This document shows, piece after piece, positions 9,194-20,822 of a stretch of DNA of 64,000 nucleotides. Positions within the stretch are counted from its first letter, which is position 1. Every line of letters begins with the position of its first letter. The notes under the pieces are model-generated. The model did no database searches and was not told the DNA's origin. It saw only the letters and a list, made by a program, of their open reading frames with translations. This stretch comes from Myxococcota bacterium (GTDB lineage: Bacteria > Myxococcota_A > UBA796 > CAJQPC01): positions 288,001-352,000 of the forward strand of contig JAZAMN010000052.1 of the NCBI GenBank assembly GCA_036229005.1, read 5' to 3'. The translations under genes were made by a program, and so were the position numbers.

Positions 9194-10747
9194 ATGAGCA
9201 AGCGCGGAACCCATCGACGCGATGTGGGGTCCAAGCCATCCATGAGGCCTGGAACTCGCAAGAGCTTTGAGCGAGGGCAGAGGCCGGCTTCGAGCCAGGC
9301 CCTGCACCTCGTCGTGCGCTTCCACGGCGCGGTCGTGGAGGACGCCTTGGTGTCGCCCCAGGGCGCGCTGCGGCGCGGCGGCAAGCTCCGGGCGCTCGGG
9401 CCGGGGCTGTTCGAGATCGGTGGGCTGCAGGGTCCGCTGGCGCTGTTGCCTCCCCAAGACAGTCCTCGCTTGGGGGCGCTGCTCAATGATCCCGGGGCGA
9501 AGCACCGGTGGAGCTTCCAGGACTCCCAGGGGGTGTTCCACGCTGTCCCGGACACCGGCTCCCTCTCCCTCCAGAGCGGGGATCTGGAGCTGGAGATGCG
9601 CACCGTCACGCACTTCTGGTTGGCCCGGGAGCTGCCGGCGGACTTCGTGTTCGTGTCGGTGGTGGCGGCCTGCGTCTGCGTGGGGATGTTGCTGAGCGTG
9701 TTCGGGGACCTCCAGGTCCGCACCACGAACAGCCCGGAGCAGAGCCCAGAGCTGATCGCCCGTCTGCTCAGCGAGGACTACGAGGGCCTGCCCAACGGGG
9801 GCTTCAAGCTCAGCGAGCCGGAGCCGCGCTCCTTCTTCCTCCCGGCAGGGGACAAGGGGGCCTTCGACAGGCTGACCCCGGGCGCCGAGGAGCCCGCCGA
9901 CGCCGGGGACAAGCTGCAGGCCGCGAGGAACCAGAGCGCGGAGGAGGGCCCTGAGCAGGACGCCATCGAGCTCGCTCAGCAGGAGGACGGCGCCCCCGCG
10001 CTGGAGCTGAACAAGGGGGCAGGGGACAGCCTGGATGGGCAGGACCAGTCCGAGCGGGAGCAGGAGCTCGTGCAGGCGGACCAGCAGGGGTGGGGCCTGC
10101 GGGACCAGTTGCCGACGGACCGGGTCGAGGACCTGCGGATCAAGACCGAGCTGGCCATGGCCGAGGCGGCGCTCAAGATCGATCCGGACGACGCGTGGGC
10201 GCTGCAGCAGGTGGGCTACTACCAGTACCTGGCCGAGGACTACGTGGCCGCTGAGGCCGCCTACAGGCGCTACGTCGAGCTCTACCCGGCGACGGCGGCT
10301 GGCTACAACAACCTGGCCCTGGTCTACAAGCGCTCCGGCCAGTACGGCCTGGAGGAGAGTTACTACCGCAAGGCCCTGGAGCGGGAGCCCGAGGACACCA
10401 CGGCGATGACCAACCTCGCGGTCAACCTGGCCCACCAGGCTCGGTACCAGGAGGCCCTGGAGGTGATGGACGAGGTCGAGCGGCTGGAGCCGGGCAAGCC
10501 CTACGCCGACCTGCACCTGGCCAAGATCTACGCATCCATGGGCCGCAAGACCGACGCGCTGGAGGCGCTGGACGAAGCCCTGGCCGGCATGGACCGCCTG
10601 GACAACCTGCACCACATCGAGTTCCGGCAGGACATCCGCGTCGATCCTGCGCTGGACCCGCTCCGGGAGGACGCCGCGTTCGAGGCGCTGCTGGTCCGCT
10701 ACTACGGTGAGGACGGCAAGCGCCTGGCCGGAGGTGTGCATGGCTGA
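9194..10747 (+). CDS. Single-pass membrane TPR protein
   Basis: One TM segment (FVFVSVVAACVCVGMLLSVF), TPR helices (AGYNNLALVY, AMTNLAVNLA), C-terminal DPALDPLR; start could also be 9146 or 9182. Confidence 0.7.
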   Translation: MSKRGTHRRDVGSKPSMRPGTRKSFERGQRPASSQALHLVVRFHGAVVEDALVSPQGALRRGGKLRALGPGLFEIGGLQGPLALLPPQDSPRLGALLNDPGAKHRWSFQDSQGVFHAVPDTGSLSLQSGDLELEMRTVTHFWLARELPADFVFVSVVAACVCVGMLLSVFGDLQVRTTNSPEQSPELIARLLSEDYEGLPNGGFKLSEPEPRSFFLPAGDKGAFDRLTPGAEEPADAGDKLQAARNQSAEEGPEQDAIELAQQEDGAPALELNKGAGDSLDGQDQSEREQELVQADQQGWGLRDQLPTDRVEDLRIKTELAMAEAALKIDPDDAWALQQVGYYQYLAEDYVAAEAAYRRYVELYPATAAGYNNLALVYKRSGQYGLEESYYRKALEREPEDTTAMTNLAVNLAHQARYQEALEVMDEVERLEPGKPYADLHLAKIYASMGRKTDALEALDEALAGMDRLDNLHHIEFRQDIRVDPALDPLREDAAFEALLVRYYGEDGKRLAGGVHG

Positions 10748-11918
10748 CCTCCGCGTGACCGTGCGCTACAACGACCTGCTGGTCGAGGACAAGGTCGTGC
10801 GGGTGCGCGACCAGGTCAAGATCGGGGACTGCCAGGATGCGGCGGTGACCTTCCCGGGGGCCTCTGTCTCGGTCATGCGCTGTGGCAGCGAGCTGCTGGT
10901 CCGGGGCCGAACCCTGCTGCGCGGTGAGCGCACGGGCTTCTCGCTGGGGCAGGTCAAGGTCGAGCTGGAGCACCTCTCCAAGATGCGTCTGCGGCCTGCC
11001 GGGCCGGTGCCGCTGGATCTGCGCTTCCTGCTGCTCGCGCTGGGTGTGACGACGGGAGGGATGTGGGCGGACTGGGTGGCGGCCACCTATCAGAGTCCAC
11101 CGCCTGGCCGGCTGAGCGCTTGGGTCGCTGGGATCGATCAGGTCCTCCCCCGAGGTCAGGAGCGGGAGCGTCGGGAGCAGGTCGCGTCCGTGCGGCCCGG
11201 CGATGCTCCGGAGCTGCTTCCGCTTCCCCAGGCCCAGGGGGATGCGCGCGCCGCGGTCAATGACGACCAGGTCTCAGGCATTGGGTACTACCGCTGGTAC
11301 CGCGCCCAGGTGCCCTCGAGCCTGGAGGCCGAGCTGGCGCGCCTGCGCCTGGATCAGGATCCCAGCGACACCGAGAACCGCGCCCGGGTCGCGCGCGGTG
11401 CCTACGACAACGAAGACTTCAGCCAGGCGCTGGCCCACTACCGGGTGCTGCTCGAAGAACACCCTGGGAACACCCGCTACCTGTGGGGGCGCTCCCAGGC
11501 CGAGAAGCGATTGGGACAGCACCGGGCGGAGCTCGCCACCTACCGGGAGCTGCTCGAGAAGGACCCGGACAACGTCGGGGCCCTGGGGTCGGGCGCGGTC
11601 GCGCTGGCCCGCCTCGGTGACTTCGACGCGGCGGAGGACTGGATGCGGCAAGCCCTGGCTGCGGCTGGGCCGGTGGACCCCCAGCTCCGCATGTACGAGG
11701 CCATGCTCTTGGCGCTCCAGGGGCGTGACAGCGAGGCCCTTGCCGCCATCGAGGAGGCCATCGTGCACCGGGAGGCGCTCCCGGACGGCTTGCAGCTTGA
11801 GCTCAACAGGGACCTGGCGATCGATCCAGCCCTGGCGTCGCTGCGCGCCCGATCCGAGCTGCGGACTCTGCTGTGGCGGCAGTACGGCGCGGCCGCCCCC
11901 CGAAAGCTGCGACGCTGA
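10740..11918 (+). CDS. Single-pass membrane TPR protein, paralogous in layout to upstream gene
   Basis: 8-nt overlap with upstream gene; hydrophobic segment FLLLALGVTTGGMW; TPR helices; C-terminal DPALASLR. Confidence 0.7.
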   Translation: MADLRVTVRYNDLLVEDKVVRVRDQVKIGDCQDAAVTFPGASVSVMRCGSELLVRGRTLLRGERTGFSLGQVKVELEHLSKMRLRPAGPVPLDLRFLLLALGVTTGGMWADWVAATYQSPPPGRLSAWVAGIDQVLPRGQERERREQVASVRPGDAPELLPLPQAQGDARAAVNDDQVSGIGYYRWYRAQVPSSLEAELARLRLDQDPSDTENRARVARGAYDNEDFSQALAHYRVLLEEHPGNTRYLWGRSQAEKRLGQHRAELATYRELLEKDPDNVGALGSGAVALARLGDFDAAEDWMRQALAAAGPVDPQLRMYEAMLLALQGRDSEALAAIEEAIVHREALPDGLQLELNRDLAIDPALASLRARSELRTLLWRQYGAAAPRKLRR

Positions 11919-11978
11919 GGCTGGAAGTCGGCCCCACGCTGCACCTGGGCTTGGTAGGCTGCAGCCAGGAGGTCTCCA

Positions 11979-12473
11979 GTGCCCACCGCAGTCGTCGCCG
12001 GTAGCTTTGATCCCATCACCAACGGCCACCTGGACGTCATCCGGAGGGCCCGGCTGCTCTTTGATGAGGTGGTCGTGGCCGCGGGGCGCAACGTCAACAA
12101 GCGCCGCATGTTCACCCTCCAGGAGCGCCTCAAGCTGATCGAGGCCGCAGTGGACGGGATGGAGGGGGTCCGGGTGGACGCCTTCGACGGGCTGCTGGTG
12201 GACTACTGCCGGAAGATCGGGGCGTCAGTGATCGTGCGCGGGCTGCGGCCCACCGGGGACTTCGACTTCGAGTTCCAGATCGGACTGGCGAACATGGATC
12301 TGGCTCCCGAGGTCGAGAGCGTGTTCATCCTGGCCAGCACGGACAACCTGTTCATCTCCTCGTCCCTGGCCAAGGAGATCGCCACCCACGGTGGGGACGT
12401 GAGCCGCTACCTGCCGGCGGCGGCCCACACGGCCTTGCTGGAGAAGCTCAGCGAGGGCGGCGCCGGAGCCTGA
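11979..12473 (+). CDS. coaD: Phosphopantetheine adenylyltransferase
   Basis: GSFDPITNGHLD, IVRGLR, DFDFEFQ, ISSS motifs; AGGAGG RBS. Confidence 0.96.
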   Translation: MPTAVVAGSFDPITNGHLDVIRRARLLFDEVVVAAGRNVNKRRMFTLQERLKLIEAAVDGMEGVRVDAFDGLLVDYCRKIGASVIVRGLRPTGDFDFEFQIGLANMDLAPEVESVFILASTDNLFISSSLAKEIATHGGDVSRYLPAAAHTALLEKLSEGGAGA

Positions 12474-12480
12474 GAGGCGC

Positions 12481-13344
12481 TCAGCCCAAGCGGGAGCTGA
12501 GCCCAGCGGAGACCAACTGCGCTGCGTCCAGGTGCCAGTCCTGGAACGCCGCGCCGCCGAAGGGGTTGAGCAGCTCCAGGACGCCGTGGACGCGGCCGCT
12601 GGGGCCTTGGAGGGGGACGGCGACCAGCGCGCGGGTGCGGTAGCCGGACTGCTCGTCGGCGCCGCGGAAGTGGCGGCTGTCGTGGCCCACCTCGCGGATC
12701 AGCAAGGCGGAGCGGGAGCTGAGGCAGACCCCGGCGATTCCTGCCTTGGCGGGGAGCCGGAGGGGAGCGACCTGGGCAGCGCGGGGGCCGCGCGCGGCGA
12801 CAAAGCGGAAGGCGCTGTCGTCGTCGGTCAGCAGCAGGATGGCCGCGGACTCAGCGGGGATCTCGCGGACCAGCAGGTCGATGGCCAGATCGCAGGCGGC
12901 ATCGGGGCTCTCAGCGCCCTTGAGGCGCTCCAGAGAGCCCTCCAGGCGGTCCATGCTGCGCTCTTCGTTCTGCTCGCTGGCGGTGTCAAAGGCTGCCGAG
13001 GCGCGGGGGTCGGGGGCGTCGAGCTGCGCGTGGTCCTGCTCGTCTGGTACCTCCGCCAGGTGCGCGGACTGTGCGAGCCGCACGCCGCTGGAGCTCTGGG
13101 CGCTCGCCTGGTCCAGGCGGATCTGCGCCGCGCCTGCGCTCGCGCGCTCCCGGATCCACAGCTCACCCTGGTCACCGGGGAGCTCCACCCGAATGCTCCC
13201 GTCGGCGCTGATCTCGCACACCACCCGTGAGATCACGACCTCGTCCAGGCCGTCGCTCTCCAGAGTCTGCTGCAACGCGTCCATCCAATCCTCCGCTCGC
13301 TGGGTGCGGGTCTGCCCGGCGCGCTCGACGTCAAAGTGGGGCAT
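12481..13344 (-). CDS. GAF domain protein
   Basis: C-terminal GAF signature GIAG...DEQSGYRTRALVAVPL...GVLELLN. Confidence 0.8.
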   Translation of the reverse strand: MPHFDVERAGQTRTQRAEDWMDALQQTLESDGLDEVVISRVVCEISADGSIRVELPGDQGELWIRERASAGAAQIRLDQASAQSSSGVRLAQSAHLAEVPDEQDHAQLDAPDPRASAAFDTASEQNEERSMDRLEGSLERLKGAESPDAACDLAIDLLVREIPAESAAILLLTDDDSAFRFVAARGPRAAQVAPLRLPAKAGIAGVCLSSRSALLIREVGHDSRHFRGADEQSGYRTRALVAVPLQGPSGRVHGVLELLNPFGGAAFQDWHLDAAQLVSAGLSSRLG

Positions 13345-13385
13345 GGGAATTGGCTCCTTGGGGAGACGCAGGCATAGTAGCCAGC

Positions 13386-15149
13386 GTGTGGTGGTTGTTC
13401 TCCAACATCGCTCTAGCAGGCGAAGTCGACCTGTGGAGAGCAGAAGCGGCGTTGGCCGCTGAGGACCTCTATTCCGCGATGGGCCACCTGGACCACGCGT
13501 TGAGTGAGGACCCGGCGGACTGGCGCGCCCATCAGCTCTTCAGGGATGCACTCTCCGAGCTGCCCTGGCTGCAGCACGCGGTGTACCGAGGGCTCCTGGA
13601 GAGCGGAACGCCCGAAGAGAGGCTGCTCGCCCAACTGGCCCTGGGGGAGCCGCTGGACCCTCCAGTCGGGGTCGATCCCGCGCTGCTTCAGCTCGCCTGG
13701 GCTCAGCGCCACTGGGAGCTGGGGGAGGTGCCGGCGGCGCTGCAGGCCCTGGAGGGGCTGAACAACCCGGCCGCCGCCGAGATGCGGCTGGGCTTGCTGG
13801 CGACCTTCGAGCGCCCCGGCGCGCTTCGCCGAGAGGCCCGCAGCAGCTTGGATGCCTGGCCTCGGCAGCTCCAGATCCTCCGCCCGCTCTTTGAGGGCCG
13901 GGAGCTGGGGGTGTTGGACCGGGGCTTGAGGTCTCAGGTGCTCTCCACCGCCGCGGAGCTGGTTGCAGGCGATGACCCCGTGGGCGTCTACCGGGCCCAC
14001 GCGCTCTACCTCGCGATGGGGGAGCGACAGCTCGCGCTGGCTGCGAGCGCGCGGCTTGTGGCGCTCTCCGAGCCCGAGAAGGTGGCTGCGCATCGGCCCT
14101 GGTCCGACTCGATGGCGCGGGATGTGGGCCGCCTGCTCGCGCTGCAGCGCACGCCCCATCTGCCGGAGGGGGCGACGGGGCTGGAGCAGGCCAAGGCCCT
14201 GGCGTGGGCCGCCCGAGAGAAGGAGCGCAAGGGGCAGACAGAGGCCGCCGAGGCCCTGTGGGAGCAACTCCTGACGGTGGAGGGGGTCTCTCCACCGCTG
14301 ATGCTGGAGGCACTGCAGCACCTGGAGCGCAGCGGTCGCAGCCCCCAGCAGCTCTTGTTGGACGCCGAGCGCCTGCGCGTGGCCGCGGCCCGGGACCCGC
14401 TGCGTGCGCCCGACGCCTTGCTGGGAGAGGCCTGGCTGCTGAGTGCGCGCAGCCATCGCCGGCTCAGCCAGCTCGACCAGGCCCTGGTCGCCGCGGATCT
14501 CGCGGCCGCCTTGGGGGCAGTGCCCCAGGCCTTGGTGCTTCAGGGGGAGCTGCTGGAGCAGCTCGGCCAGCCTGAGGCGGCCTTCTTCGCCTACGCGGAG
14601 GCTGCCGCGAGCGGAGCCGAAGGCCTGGACGAGCGCCTGGCGCGGGTCTCGCCGCTGCCCGGAGACCCGGAGCGGGTCGTGGAGGCGATCCCGGGGGCCC
14701 AGCGCACGGAGTCCGGCCCCGAGCCGGTCGCACGGCCTGCGCAGTCCCTCGCTGGCACCCCGATCCAGCTTGCGGGTGGGGAGGGGAATCTGGCTGGGGG
14801 GTGGACCGTGGTGTTCTTCTGGGCCTCCTGGTGCGCTCCCTGTCACCTGGAGCTGCCTGAAGCGGACCTGCTGGCGCAGGCGATGGCTGATGACCCCGTG
14901 CGCTTCGTCGCAGTGAGCGTGGACGCCAAGGAGGGGGACGCGCGGCGCTACCTGAGCAAGCACCCCACGCCGAACCTGGAGCAGGCCTGGGACCCGGCGT
15001 TCGGGGAGGCCGCGGACATCCAGGGGCTGCCCACGCTGCTGATCCTCTCGCCAGAAGGGGATGTCGTGAAGCGGCGACAAGGCTACGTAACCGGTGAGGT
15101 GACAGCCTTGGAGCCTGAGCTCAGGGCGCTCCTGAACAGCGGAGACTGA
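13386..15149 (+). CDS. Secreted TPR protein with C-terminal TlpA/thioredoxin domain
   Basis: FWASWCAPC and GLPT thioredoxin motifs at C-terminus; TPR-like helical body; short signal MWWLFSNIALA. Confidence 0.75.
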   Translation: MWWLFSNIALAGEVDLWRAEAALAAEDLYSAMGHLDHALSEDPADWRAHQLFRDALSELPWLQHAVYRGLLESGTPEERLLAQLALGEPLDPPVGVDPALLQLAWAQRHWELGEVPAALQALEGLNNPAAAEMRLGLLATFERPGALRREARSSLDAWPRQLQILRPLFEGRELGVLDRGLRSQVLSTAAELVAGDDPVGVYRAHALYLAMGERQLALAASARLVALSEPEKVAAHRPWSDSMARDVGRLLALQRTPHLPEGATGLEQAKALAWAAREKERKGQTEAAEALWEQLLTVEGVSPPLMLEALQHLERSGRSPQQLLLDAERLRVAAARDPLRAPDALLGEAWLLSARSHRRLSQLDQALVAADLAAALGAVPQALVLQGELLEQLGQPEAAFFAYAEAAASGAEGLDERLARVSPLPGDPERVVEAIPGAQRTESGPEPVARPAQSLAGTPIQLAGGEGNLAGGWTVVFFWASWCAPCHLELPEADLLAQAMADDPVRFVAVSVDAKEGDARRYLSKHPTPNLEQAWDPAFGEAADIQGLPTLLILSPEGDVVKRRQGYVTGEVTALEPELRALLNSGD

Positions 15150-15150
15150 A

Positions 15151-16974
<1,824 letters not shown>

Positions 16975-16995
16975 GCGGCGGGGCCTCTCGGGGCC

Positions 16996-18078
16996 CTACT
17001 GCGCCTTGAAGGCGAGCACCGAGCCGTCCTCGCAGCCCACGATGAGCTGTCCGGGGAGGAGGAGGGGCTGTGTGGTGGCCATGCTGGGGAGCTCCACCTT
17101 CCCGAGCTCGCCGCCCTCGTCCAGATCGATCACCCGGATCGTGGCATCGGCGAGGCCAACATAGGCGCGACCGCGCGCGGCGCTGATTCCGGTGACCGGC
17201 TGACTGGACAGCTCCAGCGTCCACAGGGGCGTGCCGTCCTGGAGCTCCCAGGCCTGGACCACCCCCTCGGGCTGCACGGCGATGAGCTGCCCCTCCCAGT
17301 AGCCCAGGGCGCCGACCGCGTGGGGATGCAGCTCCTCGCGCCAGATCAGGGTGCCGTCCAGATCGAAGCAGCTGAGCTGTCCGGCGGCGATCTCGTGGGG
17401 GGCGCTCGTGGCGCAGACCCGACCTTGGTGCACCAGCGGGCGGCCGAGCCCGGGGCCGCCCAGGTTCTCGCGCCACTGGACGCCCTCGGGTGTGGCGGCG
17501 ACCAGCTCGCCCTTCTGCAGTGAGACGAACACGAAGGCACCGCCGGCCGAGAGGGGGGCGGCCGGTGCGCTCCCCAGGTCCAGGCCCCACTCGATCAGGG
17601 TGCCGGCCTCCGAGAGGCTCAGGGTGCCGGAGGGGAGCTCCAGGGGGATCCCTGCGAGCTGCTGCAGTGTGTCCTCGACGGTGGGAGGATCGCAGAGAGG
17701 GGTCGCGCAGCGACGCAGCTCCAGGGAGCCGAGGGCGGTGAGCTGGGATCCCTGGAGGCCCAGATCCGCGGTCCAGGACCCGACCTCGGACCAGAGGGGC
17801 GCACCGCTGGGGCTGAACGCGGCGAGCTCCTGACGGGCGCTGACGACGACGCTGTCCTGCCAGGCGACCAGGTGGTGGACGCGACCCTGGACGCGGGTGC
17901 TCCAGGTCTGGGTGAGGGGCGGGAGGGGGCCCTGGAGGTCCCAGGAGAGAGCGCCGGCCTCCACCGCAGGGAGGGCCTGTTGCGCGGGGACAGTGGGCTC
18001 GGGCGCGGGCGGGTCGGGGAGGGGGGCCCGGCGGGAGGTGTCCACGCGACCGGCGCAGCTCAGCAGGATCAACAGCAC
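16996..18078 (-). CDS. PQQ-like beta-propeller (BamB-like) putative lipoprotein
   Basis: Repeated G-x-x-x-W blades (GAPLW, GVQW, GTLIW, GTPLW); N-terminal MLLILLSC. Confidence 0.7.
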   Translation of the reverse strand: MLLILLSCAGRVDTSRRAPLPDPPAPEPTVPAQQALPAVEAGALSWDLQGPLPPLTQTWSTRVQGRVHHLVAWQDSVVVSARQELAAFSPSGAPLWSEVGSWTADLGLQGSQLTALGSLELRRCATPLCDPPTVEDTLQQLAGIPLELPSGTLSLSEAGTLIEWGLDLGSAPAAPLSAGGAFVFVSLQKGELVAATPEGVQWRENLGGPGLGRPLVHQGRVCATSAPHEIAAGQLSCFDLDGTLIWREELHPHAVGALGYWEGQLIAVQPEGVVQAWELQDGTPLWTLELSSQPVTGISAARGRAYVGLADATIRVIDLDEGGELGKVELPSMATTQPLLLPGQLIVGCEDGSVLAFKAQ

Positions 18079-18156
18079 GGCCCCATGATGCCCTGGCGGT
18101 CGAGAGTGCGTCAGGGGACTTGCCCGCGGGGGCGTGGGGTGTCAGGCTTCCGCACC

Positions 18157-19356
18157 ATGAAGAAGCTCATCGCATCCGCCGCTCTGCTCTCCCTGGCCTC
18201 CTGCGCGACGGCCCCGGAGAAGATCCCCGATCACACGGTCTACGCCGACGAGGCGGACGCCCTGGACGTGAAGGGCGACACGCTGACCTTCGCGATCGTG
18301 GGCAACGTCCGGGCCCCGGTTCCGGTGCTCGACAAGGCCGGCCGCAAGGGCCCCACCGAGGGGGTCTCCGAGGACCTGGTCCAGGATCTGCGGCGGCGCG
18401 TCGACCGTCAGCAGCTCGACTTCGTGACCCTGATGGGCGACAACGTGCGCTGGAGCACCACCAAGGAGTGGAAGGCCTTCGACAGCCTCTGGCAGGAGGT
18501 GCTGGACGGCCAGACGGTCCCCACGACCGAGGGCTACCGGATCCCGACGCTGCCGGTGGTGGGTGACGTGGACCGGCGCGGCGATGGGAGCCTGCAGGGT
18601 GTCTACGGGGCCTTCCCGGACATCGGCGTGGACATCGGGCACGCGCGGGTCGCGAGCTGGTACGCGTTCGATGTGCGCGTGGACGGTGTGATCTGGCGCT
18701 TCGTGGTGCTGGACTCCAACAAGGAGAAGCTGGGCTCCCGCTGGAACGAACAGCTCTACTGGATCCCGGAGGCGACCGAGGGGCGCTTCGACCACATGCT
18801 GGTCTTCATGCACGACCCCATGTACACCTTGGCGCAGGGGACGGAGCCCAACGCGGACGACGCGCCGCGCGAGCTGATCGAGGCCATCGAGGACACCAAG
18901 ACGGGCCTGTTCAAGATCCGCGCGGTGATCAGCGCGGAGCCCCACGCCAGCGAGGTCATCTTGCCGGATGGCCCCGGCGCGGCGGCGCACATCACGGCAG
19001 GTGGTGGAGGCGCGCCCGGTGAGACCCTGGACCGCTACGGCAACCTGGGCGAGCTGGGGGAGAACGTGGCCCTGGACCCGCTGTTCGACATGGCGCTGCT
19101 GGAGGACTTCAAGGCGCAAGCGCAGGCCAAGGAGTTCCCGGAGGACGCGCTGGAGCACGCGACCGCGACCGGCTCCTGGGAGGGCTTCACGGGGGCCTAC
19201 GACGCCCGCTACTACCCGACCTACGGCTACTGGATGGCGGAGCTGAGCGGTGAGCAGCTCGAGCTGGTCTACCACCACTACGCCGACGGCAGCTTCGAGC
19301 CGCTCTACGGGCTGACCTGGACCGACGCGGGCCGCTGGAAGAGCAGCAAGAAGTAG
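18157..19356 (+). CDS. Lipoprotein with calcineurin-like metallophosphoesterase fold, degenerate motifs
   Basis: Lipobox LASC at residue 16; FAIVGN, LMGDNV, VVGDVD, FVVLDSN, FMHDP motifs in metallophosphoesterase order. Confidence 0.65.
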   Translation: MKKLIASAALLSLASCATAPEKIPDHTVYADEADALDVKGDTLTFAIVGNVRAPVPVLDKAGRKGPTEGVSEDLVQDLRRRVDRQQLDFVTLMGDNVRWSTTKEWKAFDSLWQEVLDGQTVPTTEGYRIPTLPVVGDVDRRGDGSLQGVYGAFPDIGVDIGHARVASWYAFDVRVDGVIWRFVVLDSNKEKLGSRWNEQLYWIPEATEGRFDHMLVFMHDPMYTLAQGTEPNADDAPRELIEAIEDTKTGLFKIRAVISAEPHASEVILPDGPGAAAHITAGGGGAPGETLDRYGNLGELGENVALDPLFDMALLEDFKAQAQAKEFPEDALEHATATGSWEGFTGAYDARYYPTYGYWMAELSGEQLELVYHHYADGSFEPLYGLTWTDAGRWKSSKK

Positions 19357-19397
19357 GGCCCACAGGCAGGGCCAACAAGCAGGGCAGGGGGTCGGCG

Positions 19398-19865
19398 CTA
19401 CTCGCTGAGCTTGCCGGCCTTGACGTCCTCGTAGATGGCCGCCTGCAGGTTGCGCAGGCAGGCCTCCATGGCGCCCTCCAGGCCCTCGCGCAGACCGGCC
19501 GCGTTGAGCGCCTGGCCCAGGATGGAGCCGGGGTCGTAGTCGTAGTGGAGGGTGACCAGCGTGGCCTTCTTGGCGCGGGGGGTGCGCAGGCTGTAGTGCA
19601 GCTTTCCGCCCACCCGCTTGCCCTCGGTCTCACAGAGGCACCGCCGCCCCCCGTGCGAGTCGTCCATCTGCAGGAAGCGGTAGCGCAGGGTGCGGGCCTT
19701 GGGGAAGAGCTTGAGGGTGCACTGCCACTCGCGGTCTCCCTCGCGGCTGACCTCGTCAAAGGCGCCGTCCAGGATGCGCTGGTGGTTGTCGGGCTCTCCC
19801 AGCCAGGCAAAGACCTGCTTGCGCTTGAGTCCTTCGACTTGGACATCCACCGTGATCACGGACAT
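19398..19865 (-). CDS. SRPBCC/START-like family protein
   Basis: 155 aa; VFAWL...TLVTLHYDYDPG...C-terminal helix CLRNLQAAI is typical of SRPBCC; GAGGAG RBS. Confidence 0.6.
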   Translation of the reverse strand: MSVITVDVQVEGLKRKQVFAWLGEPDNHQRILDGAFDEVSREGDREWQCTLKLFPKARTLRYRFLQMDDSHGGRRCLCETEGKRVGGKLHYSLRTPRAKKATLVTLHYDYDPGSILGQALNAAGLREGLEGAMEACLRNLQAAIYEDVKAGKLSE

Positions 19866-19943
19866 GGGCGGGCTCCTCGGGCTGACGGGGGCATAACACC
19901 GCGGGGCCTTCACAGGCCGCCGCCAAAGCCTTAGGGAGCCTGC

Positions 19944-20822
19944 GTGATTCCCGCTCTGATCCCCTATTGGCAGCCCCAGGTCTACCACCTGGGCCCGATC
20001 CCCATCGACCCCTGGGCCACCCTGGTGTGCGTGGCCTTCATCGTCGGGCTCGAGGTGGGGCGGTCGCGCGGAATCCGCAAGGGCATCGCGCCGCGGGACG
20101 TGGTCGACGGCGCCGTGTTCGTCGTGCTGATGGGCTTCGTCGTGGGCCATCTGGTGCACGTTCTGGCCTACAACCAGCACCTGATGCAGAAGGACGGCGT
20201 GTTCGACCTGTGGACCGCGGTCAAGGCGCTGGGCGCGGTGTGGGCGGGGTTCTCGTCCAACGGTGGCTTCCTGGGTGCTGTGATCGGCGCGGTCCTCTTC
20301 TACAAGGTCATCCGCCCTCGGCCCTTCTGGAAGCTGGCGGACAACGCCATGTACGGCTTCCCTTTCGGCTACATCTTCGGCCGCCTGGGCTGCTTCACGG
20401 TGCACGACCACATCGGCGTGAAGGCCAGCGAGTTCCCGGCGCTGTCCTTCCTGGCCGTGGACTTCCCCGCGCCCTACCAGCCCCGCTACGATCTGGGCGG
20501 CCTCGAGGCCCTCTGGCTGGTGGTCGTGGCCGCCATCTTCTTCGCGGTGGACCGCCTCTGGCCCAAGGGCCCGGACGGCAAGTTCATCGCGCTCTGGGGC
20601 TTCCTCTACGCCCCCATCCGCTTCCTCCTGGACTTCCTGCGGAACACCGATCTGGGCACCGCTGACGTGCGCTATCTGGGGCTCACCCCGGCCCAGTACG
20701 GCAGCCTGCTCACCATGTTCGGCAGCGCGGCCGTGCTCATCTGGCTGGTCCGCAAGCAGAAGCGCCAGGAATCCCAAGAGACGACAACGCCCCAGCAGGA
20801 GCCCGCAGATGGCACTGGTTGA
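19944..20822 (+). CDS. lgt: Prolipoprotein diacylglyceryl transferase (divergent)
   Basis: About 7 TM; GRLGCF signature, YAPIRFLLDFLR, GLTPAQ. Confidence 0.85.
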   Translation: MIPALIPYWQPQVYHLGPIPIDPWATLVCVAFIVGLEVGRSRGIRKGIAPRDVVDGAVFVVLMGFVVGHLVHVLAYNQHLMQKDGVFDLWTAVKALGAVWAGFSSNGGFLGAVIGAVLFYKVIRPRPFWKLADNAMYGFPFGYIFGRLGCFTVHDHIGVKASEFPALSFLAVDFPAPYQPRYDLGGLEALWLVVVAAIFFAVDRLWPKGPDGKFIALWGFLYAPIRFLLDFLRNTDLGTADVRYLGLTPAQYGSLLTMFGSAAVLIWLVRKQKRQESQETTTPQQEPADGTG

